From Caldithrix sp. (lineage in GTDB: Bacteria > Zhuqueibacterota > Zhuqueibacteria > Thermofontimicrobiales > Sulfurfontimicrobiaceae), in NCBI GenBank assembly GCA_020722815.1, contig DYKB01000026.1:9774-73773 (forward strand): a stretch of DNA of 64,000 nt, written 5' to 3'. A program made the translations under genes and the position numbers. Within the stretch, counting starts at the first letter, position 1; each line of letters starts with the position of its first letter. The notes below the pieces were generated by a model. It worked only from the letters and a program-made list of their open reading frames with translations. It searched no databases and had not been told where the DNA came from. Positions 45,371 through 54,531 of the stretch are shown piece by piece.

Positions 45371-46646
45371 GGCGCACCTCTACCGATTTCGCATGATTAT
45401 AAAGCCCTTCCAGTTTCGCAAAGTTTTCAATTTTATGCGCATCCTGTAAAAGCCGTTGTTTGGAAATGTGAATGAGGGATGAAAATTTCATAAAATCGAG
45501 TACCCCCAGTGGCGACGAAAATTTCGCCGTTCCATTCGTGGGGAGAACATGATTTGGGCCCGCCCAATAATCGCCAATCGGTTCAGAAGAATATTCCCCC
45601 CAGAAGATTGCCCCGGCATTTTTTACCTTGTGCACCAGTGATGCTGCCTCCTGGGTCAAAATTTCCAGATGTTCCGGTGCAATTTCATTGGCGACTTCAA
45701 CAGCTTCATCAAGCGAACTGACGAGGATGGCGGCACCATGCTTTTGAATTGCCTGTTCCACTATTTCCCGACGTTCAGTAATTTTTACCAATTTATCAAG
45801 TTCATCCCTAACTTTATCGATTAATTGTACTGAAGGACTGATGAGAATCGACATCGCATGAACATCGTGTTCGGCCTGGGCCATTAAATCACGGGCGACG
45901 AATAAGGGATTCGCCTTTTCATCGGCAATCACGACCACTTCAGTCGGACCAGCGAGCGAATCAATGCCCACCTGACCATAAACCTGACGTTTCGCTTCCA
46001 TCACATAAGCATTACCCGGGCCGGTGATTTTATAAACTCGTGGAATCGTTTCCGTCCCATACGCCAGTGCGGCTATTCCCTGGGCTCCGCCAATGGCATA
46101 AATTTCTTCAATTTCAAGTAATCCCAGTGTCGCTAACACCATTGAATTCATTTTTCCATCGCGCTGCGGGGGAGAAATTGCGACAATTCGTGGCACCTGG
46201 GCAATCTGGGCGGGAATAATATTCATTAAAACTGATGATGGATACGCTGCTGTCCCGCCGGGAATGTAGACCCCAACTGCCTGGACAGGGGTAAATTGCT
46301 GACCCAATTTTGTTCCATCCCTGTCTTCATTAATAAATGAAGCCGGATACTGTTTTTGATGAAATCGACGAATATTATCGGCTGCCGCTAAAAGTATTTC
46401 CTGAAGTTCAGGGGCCAAATTATCGAAGGCTGCTTTTGCGCTTTTGGGATCGACACGAAAATCATTTAACATAACTTTATCAAATTTTTCTGTATAAGAT
46501 CGGACCGCTTCATTTTTTCGATCCCGTACATCCTGAATAATTCCCTTTACAGTTTCCGAAACCTCAGCCAGGTAATCTGGAAAAGCCTGCCGAACTTCCA
46601 GATAACTTTTTGCCACTGGATAAATCGTAAGCATTTTAAACTCCAA
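45363..46646 (-). CDS. hisD: Histidinol dehydrogenase
   Basis: 427 aa with family motifs IGGAQGIAALAYGTETIP, GPGNAYV, DLMAQAEHD and PEHLEI. Confidence 0.9.
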   Translation of the reverse strand: MEFKMLTIYPVAKSYLEVRQAFPDYLAEVSETVKGIIQDVRDRKNEAVRSYTEKFDKVMLNDFRVDPKSAKAAFDNLAPELQEILLAAADNIRRFHQKQYPASFINEDRDGTKLGQQFTPVQAVGVYIPGGTAAYPSSVLMNIIPAQIAQVPRIVAISPPQRDGKMNSMVLATLGLLEIEEIYAIGGAQGIAALAYGTETIPRVYKITGPGNAYVMEAKRQVYGQVGIDSLAGPTEVVVIADEKANPLFVARDLMAQAEHDVHAMSILISPSVQLIDKVRDELDKLVKITERREIVEQAIQKHGAAILVSSLDEAVEVANEIAPEHLEILTQEAASLVHKVKNAGAIFWGEYSSEPIGDYWAGPNHVLPTNGTAKFSSPLGVLDFMKFSSLIHISKQRLLQDAHKIENFAKLEGLYNHAKSVEVRHE

Positions 46647-46647
46647 A

Positions 46648-47517
46648 TTAATAAATAATTTTATTCAATGGATATTCTATAATATCCTGCGCCCCATTCT
46701 GTTTTAAAATGGGAATAATTTCGCGCACGATATTTTCATCGATGACGGTTTCCAGCGCGACCCAATCTTCGTCGAGTAGTGAGGAAACTGTCGGTTTTTT
46801 CATCGATGGTAAAACAATTTTTACTTTTTGAATATCCTGTTTTCGCAGGTTCATTTTCAAACCGACTTTATTTTGTGCATTAATCGCCCCTTCTAAAAGC
46901 ATTGCCATGTTTTTGATTTTATTGCGTTTCCATTCATCATTAAATGACGCTTTATTGGCAATCAAACGCGGCGTCGATGTCAAAATTGTTTCGACAATTC
47001 TGAGTTTATTCGCTTTTAAAGAACTTCCGGTTTCAGTAATTTCGACAATCGCATCCGCCAGAACCGGTGGTTTGACTTCGGTTGCCCCCCATGAAAATTC
47101 TACAACAGCCTCTACCCCATTTTCTTTTAGATAACGTTTGGTCAAATTGACGGCTTCGGTGGCAATGTATTTTCCAGCCAGGTCTTTGACGGTTTGAATC
47201 GGGGAATCATTGGGCACCGCCAGTACCCAGCGTACCGGTCGAAAACTAGCTTTGGAATAGACCAGTTCAACAACTTCAACAATATCCGCATTATTTTCCA
47301 AAATCCAGTCCTTACCTGTCAAACCAGCGTCCAGAACACCTTCTTCCACATAGCGCGCAACTTCCTGCGCGCGGAGCAAAATCGTCTCAATTTCTGCATC
47401 ATTACAGGCAGGAAAATATGAACGGAAGGATGTTGTAAAAATATACCCTGCCTTCTGAAAAAGTTGAAAAGTAGCCTCTTCTAAACTTCCTTTGGGTAAA
47501 CCTAATTTTAATTTCAT
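46648..47517 (-). CDS. hisG: ATP phosphoribosyltransferase, long form with C-terminal regulatory domain
   Basis: 289 aa. [16 protein letters not shown]..., DAGLTGKDW and [14 protein letters not shown] are HisG motifs. The ~75-aa C-terminal extension is HisG_C-like. Confidence 0.9.
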   Translation of the reverse strand: MKLKLGLPKGSLEEATFQLFQKAGYIFTTSFRSYFPACNDAEIETILLRAQEVARYVEEGVLDAGLTGKDWILENNADIVEVVELVYSKASFRPVRWVLAVPNDSPIQTVKDLAGKYIATEAVNLTKRYLKENGVEAVVEFSWGATEVKPPVLADAIVEITETGSSLKANKLRIVETILTSTPRLIANKASFNDEWKRNKIKNMAMLLEGAINAQNKVGLKMNLRKQDIQKVKIVLPSMKKPTVSSLLDEDWVALETVIDENIVREIIPILKQNGAQDIIEYPLNKIIY

Positions 47518-47549
47518 TTCGACCTCGGTTAATTTTTAAAATTTGAACT

Positions 47550-47593
47550 CTTATAAAATAAAAAACCCACTGTCACAAGCCTGACAGTGGGTT
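47550..47593 (-). terminator. Leader terminator (attenuator) upstream of hisG
   Basis: A perfect 12-bp stem: 47564-47575 aacccactgtca pairs with 47582-47593 tgacagtgggtt, with a 6-nt loop. On the minus strand it is followed by UUUUUUAUUUUAU. It ends about 35 nt before the hisG ATG. Confidence 0.7.
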
Positions 47594-47641
47594 ATAAAAT
47601 TCAATTATGCTTTGAGTAATATATCTTCAATGTTCCACCGG

Positions 47642-47692
47642 CTATGACCTATCGTTGATGATCAAATGATGGTGATGCCGATGCATTGACAT
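47642..47692 (-). CDS. His-rich leader peptide of the his operon (MSMHRHHHHLIINDRS)
   Basis: A 16-codon ORF not in the track: ATG TCA ATG CAT CGG CAT CAC CAT CAT TTG ATC ATC AAC GAT AGG TCA TAG. GGAG lies 8 nt upstream. The terminator lies 48 nt downstream. Confidence 0.65.
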   Translation of the reverse strand: MSMHRHHHHLIINDRS

Positions 47693-47907
47693 GATGACTC
47701 CATTGATTTGTTGATTACAAAATTTGCTATCATTTTTATAAATATAATAAAACTAATCCAAAATGTCAAGAGTTTTTTAATGAATTTGCCAGAAAAGAAC
47801 ACCCGCTATTTTGTTCTTGACAGTATTCTTTTCTTTTATTAACTTAATAATGCCGATTTGAGTATTCTCTAAACTTATTACAATGGCGGATTTGTAGGGG
47901 AAATGAT

Positions 47908-48615
47908 TTGATTAAAAAGCAATGGACCGTTATGGTTTATCTCGCCGGTGACAATAATTTAGACAGTGCCGGTGTGGTGGATTTACTGGAAATAAAAGAA
48001 GTTGGCAATACTTCGGAGATCAATGTCATCGCCCAATTTGACCGTCGGGGAAGATTTTTTCGTACCAAACGCTATTTTCTGCAAAAAGATAGCTCGCTGA
48101 ATGCGGATGAAGTCGATGATCTTGGGGAGACCAACACCGGCGATCCCGACGTATTACAATCCTTCATTGAATGGGGAGCCGAAAATTATCCCACTGAACA
48201 TTATCTACTGGTTATCTGGAATCATGGCGCCGGATGGGATGATACCAATGTTTATCGGGCTATCACAAATATGAATTACAATATTATCCGAAAACATACT
48301 GTTGCGCAACCCGCTAATAAGGCAGTACAGGGGGCAATTGCAACCGCTCAGATCCGTAAAATTGCCGATCAGCGTTTTCGTCGGGCGCTTTTTAGCACGA
48401 CCAGATGCGCGAATATGTCGACTTTATAGTTGGTTCGGAAGAGGCCGAACCAGGCGATGGCTGACCCTATCACACCAGCGGTTTCACATTCTTATGGTGT
48501 GTCCATTTATTTCCCCGCCAGAAATGTCTCGCTACTTTATGCGAATCTCGACTTTACTCAGGATTCAAGCTGGGATGAATTTTTAGCCGCTTATCGGAAC
48601 GCCATCAGACGATAA
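47908..48615 (+). pseudogene. Degraded clostripain-like (peptidase C11) gene
   Basis: The N-terminus is intact (WTVMVYLAGDNNLDSAG...VIAQFDR...HYLLVIWNHGAGWDD). The segment DQMREYVDFIVGSEEAEPGDG-TGA-PY lies in another frame (TGA at 48462-48464). The family C-terminal motif SHSYGVSIYFP...SWDEFLAAY is back in the first frame after a TAG (48427-48429). The catalytic-Cys region is absent. Confidence 0.7.
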
Positions 48616-48687
48616 CCCTTTTTAAACATTAAGTCGCCTGCAATTTCAAATCAATATGACATTCTGCTAATTTTTTCAATTTTTCGC

Positions 48688-48738
48688 TTGAATTAAAGCT
48701 TTAAAAAAATTATATTCTGACAAAGCGTGAACGTTCAC
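48688..48738 (+). promoter_or_regulatory. Promoter plus 12-bp palindromic operator-like site in front of the truncated transporter gene
   Basis: TTGAAT (48688-48693), a 17-nt spacer, then TATATT (48711-48716). The perfect palindrome GTGAACGTTCAC follows at 48727-48738. Confidence 0.45.
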
Positions 48739-48781
48739 TCACTTCAATTCCATGATCTCTTTTCGGGAAAGGTCCGGCACA

Positions 48782-48907
48782 ATGGAAAAACTTTCGATTC
48801 GTGAAAAAGTTGGGTATAGTATTGGCGAAATTGCTTCCAATATTATCTGGATGACGGTGATGTTTTTTCTTCTCATTTTTTATCCAGTATCGATCATGAT
48901 TTTTTGA
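48782..48907 (+). pseudogene. 5' fragment of a glycoside-pentoside-hexuronide (GPH) family sugar:cation symporter gene
   Basis: MEKLSIREKVGYSIGEIASNIIWMTVMFFLLIFY matches the conserved GPH N-terminus (LSxxEKxGYxxGDxAxN...FLLxFYTD). The frame then stops after 41 codons. Confidence 0.55.
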
Positions 48908-49283
48908 TTAAAATTTTTCGATCCGGTGAAAATCCGCCGCAGGTTATAAAACCGGTAAACGATCTGGTGCTTGATCAGGGATTTTCCACTTATCAAATTG
49001 ATTCCGATTCAGTTTTTGAGGATCGCGATAAAGCTAATTAAAATATCGCATTGAAACAAAGCCGGCGCGTATTTTAGAAACAGAATTATCCGACCATACA
49101 TTAGTCCTAAAAGAGAAGGGCATTGGCACCGCCAGGGTTTTGTTGATGGCCGATGATAACAATGGTGGTGTCGCCAATCATGATTTTATGGTCCGCATTC
49201 GAAAAAAGGCAATCACCGCCCCGAAATTATACCGTTCGTCAGGAGTGAAACGCTTTTTTATGCGTTGCCCTGTTTTTTTATAA
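48908..49283 (+). pseudogene. Fragment of a surface protein: one Ig/cadherin-like domain, frameshifted
   Basis: ...PPQVIKPVNDLVLDQGFSTYQIDSDSVFEDRDKAN* continues one frame over as LKYRIETKPARILETELSDHTLVLKEKGIGTARVLLMADDNNGGVANHDFMVRIRKK. This is the P-x-N-D-L...VF-D-x-D...L-x-Y...G-x-A-x-V...A-D-x-x-G pattern of such domains. There is no start codon or signal peptide. Confidence 0.45.
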
Positions 49284-49341
49284 AGGACCTGTGAGGCTTC
49301 AAAAATCAAATATGAATATTTAAAAAATCAGTGAGGTAAAA

Positions 49342-50379
49342 ATGGCAAAATTAGTCAATATTGGAATTATTGGCGGCGGGATGATTGCCGATCATCATAT
49401 TGAAAATCTTAGAAAAGATGGTCGGGCCGAAATCACCTGGCTTGCGGAGATTAATCCACCGACTTTACAATCCAAGCTTCAGAAATATAACATAAAAAAC
49501 GGAACCAGCCGGTATCAGGACATGTTGACGGATACGACAATTGATGCCATTGTCATTGCCACGCCGCCATTTACACATCTCGAAATGGCGCTGGATGTGC
49601 TGCGGGCCGGGAAACATCTGTTGCTTGAAAAGCCGATGGTCATCAATCCAGCGCAACTTCAAACGCTGCTGGCAGAAGTTCAAACACATCCGAAACAGAT
49701 CGTGCTGGAATGTTCTGGTCGCCATGCCCGACTGCAACCCAAATTTCGTTTTATTAAAAAATTAATCGACAGCGGTGCCATCGGTGAGGTATACCATATT
49801 CATCACAATCACCTCATGCGGCAGACCTTTGTCGAGTATAATCCGGCTGGTGCCTGGGCGATGCAAAAAAGGTTAGGGGGCGGCGGTCCGATTCTGGATT
49901 GGGGGGTATACGATCTTTCGTTTCATCTTGGATTATTGAATGATCAGCCTCAAATTCAGAAAGTCACATCATTTAAACGCAATGGGATCAAAGTATTTGC
50001 TGATCCGAGTTTTTATTCGGATGTTGAAGAACATGCGGCGGCATATCTGGAGTTCGATACGGGATTAACCTATTATTATGAACGTGGCGCCGGTGTTCAG
50101 GCCGAAATCGAAAATGAAACCCGAATTTTTGGAACCAAAGGTAGTTTGCAATTCAGCTATTGCACCTGGAATTCACCGGAAGTGACACAATATTATATCG
50201 ATAACGATGGTCGTGAACAAAAAGCAATTCATGTGGTCAATATGAAGGGACATATGAATGACTCTTTTGAACTGAGTAAACATTTTATCGATTGTCTTTT
50301 AAATGAAGCAACGCCGATTATGCCAGTAACACTGGCAGCGAAGCATTTAGAAATTTTATTTAAAATTTTAGCAGTTTGA
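49342..50379 (+). CDS. Gfo/Idh/MocA-family oxidoreductase
   Basis: 345 aa with a Rossmann motif (IGIIGGGMIADHH) and the family motif HLLLEKPM. Confidence 0.8.
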   Translation: MAKLVNIGIIGGGMIADHHIENLRKDGRAEITWLAEINPPTLQSKLQKYNIKNGTSRYQDMLTDTTIDAIVIATPPFTHLEMALDVLRAGKHLLLEKPMVINPAQLQTLLAEVQTHPKQIVLECSGRHARLQPKFRFIKKLIDSGAIGEVYHIHHNHLMRQTFVEYNPAGAWAMQKRLGGGGPILDWGVYDLSFHLGLLNDQPQIQKVTSFKRNGIKVFADPSFYSDVEEHAAAYLEFDTGLTYYYERGAGVQAEIENETRIFGTKGSLQFSYCTWNSPEVTQYYIDNDGREQKAIHVVNMKGHMNDSFELSKHFIDCLLNEATPIMPVTLAAKHLEILFKILAV

Positions 50380-50434
50380 TTTTAGTAATCCTTAGACTTT
50401 CAGGCCTACAGACGATTACCATGAGGATTCAAAT

Positions 50435-51657
50435 ATGAAAATCAAAATTTTAACAATAAAGCACTTTTTGGTTATTCTTTTCATCATATGAATAGCGTTA
50501 GCCGGTTCAGCCCATATTCATGCAGAACCTTCTCGCCATAATGAATTGCAAAAAGCTCTTCTGTCTGGCTGGAATACCTGGAATAATTCAAATCGGCGAT
50601 GTCATGTCTTGATGCCGGATGGATTGGCACTGCAGATTGTTTTTCGGAAAACCAGAGGCGGTCCCTATTATTTACGTGAAAGCTATATTCATGGCCCACA
50701 GATTAATTTTCCGGAAGAAATTATTCCCATTGCGCACACATACCAGGGCACTTACACGGAACTGATTCTGCAGTGGCAAGGATTGGAAGCGCGTCTACAG
50801 TCCGGTACGGTGGGTGAGGTTATTCCAATTTGCGCCATTGGAATCGCTGGTGGGAAAAAAATCGGGATAATCGGGGATTTCTCGGCTGGGGCACTGATCC
50901 GCATCCAAAAAGCATCGATCCCCCCAATAAACAGGCGGCACAATCTGGATCCGGCCTCGATAATTCCCCGCTTTTTGATGATGCCATCTTCAATGAACAA
51001 AAATATTTCATGGAACTGGCGGATGTGGGTTTAATGGGACTTTACCTGGCCGATTGCCACTATTTGATCGAAATTGCGCGGGAACTTGGATTTCAAAATG
51101 ATAATGAAGAAATTCAACAGTGGGATCGGCACTATTCGAAAAAATTAAAAGAACGCGGGGATGAAAAAAGTGGTATTTTTCGGGACAAAGATTTAGCGCC
51201 GGACAAGTTCAGTACCCATTTGGCGCCGACTAATTTCTATCCATTACTTGCCGGCATTCCAACTCAAAAACAGGCGGAACGCATGGTAAACGAACATCTG
51301 CTCAATCCTGATGAATTTTATGGCGACTTGATGCTGCCATCCATCGCCCGAAATGCTGCCGGTTTTAAAGATAACCCCTACTAGCGCGGCCGTATCTGGG
51401 CGCCGATGAATTTTCTGGTATATCTCGGCTTAAAAAAGTATAATTTGCCAATGGCACAAAAATTGATAGCAGAGAAATCTCTTAAGCTCCTTATGAAAGA
51501 ATGGACTGAGCATCATCATGTTTATGAGAATTACAATGCGGTCACCGGAGTAGGAGGCAATGTCCGAAATGCAAATAGTTTCTATTCCTGGGGCGGTTTA
51601 CTTGGTATGATTGCGCTGATGGAACACGGGTATTGGGAATCATTTGGATGTGTTTAG
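50435..51657 (+). pseudogene. GH63/MGH1-like (alpha/alpha)6-barrel glycoside hydrolase gene with TGA, frameshift and TAG lesions
   Basis: A GAGGA RBS precedes ATG 50435: MKIKILTIKHFLVILFII-TGA(50489-50491)-IALAGSAHIHAEP...LSGWNTWNN... There is a frame change near 50825-50835 into ...RHWNRWWEKNRDNRGFLGWGTD...QSGSGLDNSPLFDD... Then ...GFKDNPY-TAG(51382-51384)-RGRIWAPMNFLVYLGL... runs to 51657. Confidence 0.7.
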
Positions 51658-51726
51658 TGTCTCCCCCAAAGTGAGAGAGCCTAGCTATTCCCTCTCCCCT
51701 TTGGGGAGAAAGTTAGGGTGAGGGGT
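51658..51726. repeat. Palindromic intergenic repeat, family A
   Basis: ttccctctcccctttggggagaaagttagggtgagggg, with an upstream partial arm gtctcccccaaagtgagagag. Confidence 0.6.
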
Positions 51727-51911
51727 CAGATCCGGGGTAATCAAAAAGTGCACGGTAACAAATTAGCGGTTTAGGCGTTTAGCGATCAAATAAAATCCAG
51801 TTCTCTTTACCAAAATAATAAACGACCTGACAGTGAACCATAAACCTGGAACTTTAATAATTCAAAATTTACAATTCAGCATTCAACACTTAAAAAATTC
51901 CGAGGTTTATC

Positions 51912-53075
51912 ATGACATTCAATCAAAGCAAATTTTTTATACTCTTTATTGGCTATTTGTTAGTTTATTTTTCGATTGCCAGCGCCGACACGACAGTACA
52001 GGAAGACACAGTCAAAGCCACCCTCGTTTCCACGCTACCGGTTTTCGATGGCATTGGTGATGATACCTGCTGGCAGGGTATAAAATGGCAGACCATCGAC
52101 CAGGTCTGGATTCCATACAGCGGTACCGTACCGGAAAAAGACTTTACCGGCCGATTTAAAATCACCTGGTCCGGGAAAGAAAATGTACTCTTAATCCTGG
52201 CGGAAATCACGGATGATGTTTTTGTGGATGGCTATGCCTATAACAGCAATCCTTCTATTGGAGGGGGCTATCCAAACTATGATATCCTCGAAATCTTTAT
52301 TGATGAGAATAAATCCGGTGGGCTTCATGTGTTCGATGGTACAGGCAGCACCGCGAACCAATGGGGCAGCAATGCCGAAAACGCCTTCTCTTATCATATT
52401 GTCGTAAATGGACCGAAAGAGGGTTCCGCAATTACCAAATGTATTGTTTGTGATATTGCCGGTTCCAGTTGGAGTAAATATACCATTCCAAATTTTGCAA
52501 AGCACTTCCCTTCTTTCGCCATGCGCAAAACAGGAACACGCTATACCTGGGAATTTTCGCTTGCTGTTTATCATGATGCGTATATCGATTCAAATCCTGA
52601 AGTATCGCGCGTCAACCTGGCAGCGGGTAAACTTATGGGATTTTCCATGGCGTATTGTGATAATGATAATCCTGACGAAAATCCCAAAGAACGCGACAAC
52701 TTTTTTGGATCGGTCTGGGTTCCTGAAAAAGCATACAATGACCACTGGATGAACGCTGATGGCTTTGGAAAGGTCATGCTAATGCCAGGTACCTCCAGTG
52801 TGAAACAAACAACGCATCTTCCCCATGCTGATTTTCGTATTTTTCCCAATCCGGCGACCAGTGAGACCCAGATTAGCCTCAAAAACCAATTTATTGGGGA
52901 GATAAAAATTGCAGTTTATGATATTTTGGGACGTGAAGTTTATAAAACTTCGGTCTTAAAAAGCGATTCAGGTCTTCAGATGCGATTACCATTACATAAT
53001 CGGCCGGGCGGAATCTACTTCTGTGTCGCCCGGATGCAGAATTTGGTGCTTTCGCAAAAAATTGTTTTGTATTAA
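51912..53075 (+). CDS. Secreted CBM9-like carbohydrate-binding protein with T9SS C-terminal sorting domain
   Basis: 387 aa with a signal peptide. The CBM9/DOMON-like start reads TLPVFDGIGDDTCWQGIKWQTIDQVWIP...FKITWSGKENVLLILAEITDDVFVDGY. The C-terminus reads FRIFPNPATSETQISL...GGIYFCVARMQN...KIVLY. Confidence 0.65.
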   Translation: MTFNQSKFFILFIGYLLVYFSIASADTTVQEDTVKATLVSTLPVFDGIGDDTCWQGIKWQTIDQVWIPYSGTVPEKDFTGRFKITWSGKENVLLILAEITDDVFVDGYAYNSNPSIGGGYPNYDILEIFIDENKSGGLHVFDGTGSTANQWGSNAENAFSYHIVVNGPKEGSAITKCIVCDIAGSSWSKYTIPNFAKHFPSFAMRKTGTRYTWEFSLAVYHDAYIDSNPEVSRVNLAAGKLMGFSMAYCDNDNPDENPKERDNFFGSVWVPEKAYNDHWMNADGFGKVMLMPGTSSVKQTTHLPHADFRIFPNPATSETQISLKNQFIGEIKIAVYDILGREVYKTSVLKSDSGLQMRLPLHNRPGGIYFCVARMQNLVLSQKIVLY

Positions 53076-53241
53076 CTTAACTTGCTTGAATCCGCATAAT
53101 ATGTTTGGGGGAACATTTCCAAATTTTAGGAGCTAATTGACGAACATCGATTAACGATTTTCGACGGCGCCTTTAAAACTTCAAAAATCATAAATCGCTA
53201 ATCCTTGTTCTGAAATCATCAATAATTTCGCTACCTGATAG

Positions 53242-54531
53242 CTACTTCAACAACATAATCTTTCTGGTTTGAATCTCGCTATTATTAAAATAAATTTTTA
53301 AAATGTACAAGCCGGAAGCTGTTGGATAGCCATTTTGATCATCCCCGTGCCAGATGATTTCATAATCTCCGATAGATTGTTCTTTTTTGAAGAGATTTCG
53401 GATCAATTGGCCCTGAATATCAAAAATGTCAATTTCTACAAATCCAGAACAGCTCAAATGGTACTGAATCGTAGTCGAAAGATTGAACGGATTCGGATAA
53501 TTCGGCGCTAAGCATAACTGTTTTTCAATAAATGGGGCGCTGGAAAGAACCGATAATTTATCATATTGACCATAGATGACTTTTCCCGGAATGAATGTAC
53601 TTCCGGCCCAAAACCAGTCGGGATCAACAACTTCTACGATATCAAATTTTGAATCAATCGAAAAACGTTCCACCCAGGAGACCCCATTATCCGCTGAGTT
53701 CCATAGCCAGTTTTTATCGCCATCGCTTTGTGTGGCCCACCAAGTGCCGGGACGCGGCTGATCGAGTTCCTTAAAATTTTTATCTGGTAATGTCACCGTC
53801 CAATTTCTGCCATCATCCAGGCTTCGATAAATACCATCCGATCTGATTCCCAGTAATTCGCTATTTTGACCTCGGGATAATTCATAGAATAAAGCAAAAT
53901 TTGACACATCCAGATTCGTTTTTATCGGCAAGAGATAGTCACTTTTAAAATCATAGCAATAAATTGAATCAGTGACACTTGAAATGACAACGATATCATC
54001 ATCAACAACGGCAAATACCGGATAAATATAGCCACTAAAGTATGCATTTTTGAAATTAACTTTTTCCGGACAATGCACGTACCTGAAAATATTAATTGAA
54101 TTAAAGATGTCAGATGTAATTCCAAAGTATAAAATAGTATCATTCTGAGCGATTATTCGGCCAATTTTATAATGTTCATCAATCTGATAAATTGATCGGA
54201 ATGAGTTACCATTATCATAACTTATCAAAACATCGCGCCTCCCGATTGCTGTTTCGGGATTATAAAAAGTTTTTACAAAACCAAAAGTTGAATCATTTAC
54301 CCAAAATGGCTGGTGATAATGGACATTCGACGACTTTTCATTTAGATGCGTCAGGTTAACTTCAGTGATAAGAGGATTATTAAACCCATCCATCGTAATC
54401 CGATAAACTGTCGTATCCTGTGTTGTGATAATTCCCTGTAGATAGTTATAAAATGCAACTCCTGTAACAAGTAAATTTTCCGGCAGATGTAATTCATGAA
54501 GTTGTGAATGAAGTGGATATGCCTCAAACAA
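53242..54531 (-). CDS. BNR/Asp-box repeat beta-propeller protein with T9SS C-terminal sorting domain; 5' end uncertain
   Basis: 429 aa with Asp-box-like motifs SYDNGNSF, SLDDGRNW and SADNGVSW. The C-terminus reads NYPNPFNLSTTIQYHL...SGLYILKIYFNN...KIMLLK. The annotated TTG start leaves no signal peptide (see findings). Confidence 0.7.
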   Translation of the reverse strand: MFEAYPLHSQLHELHLPENLLVTGVAFYNYLQGIITTQDTTVYRITMDGFNNPLITEVNLTHLNEKSSNVHYHQPFWVNDSTFGFVKTFYNPETAIGRRDVLISYDNGNSFRSIYQIDEHYKIGRIIAQNDTILYFGITSDIFNSINIFRYVHCPEKVNFKNAYFSGYIYPVFAVVDDDIVVISSVTDSIYCYDFKSDYLLPIKTNLDVSNFALFYELSRGQNSELLGIRSDGIYRSLDDGRNWTVTLPDKNFKELDQPRPGTWWATQSDGDKNWLWNSADNGVSWVERFSIDSKFDIVEVVDPDWFWAGSTFIPGKVIYGQYDKLSVLSSAPFIEKQLCLAPNYPNPFNLSTTIQYHLSCSGFVEIDIFDIQGQLIRNLFKKEQSIGDYEIIWHGDDQNGYPTASGLYILKIYFNNSEIQTRKIMLLK

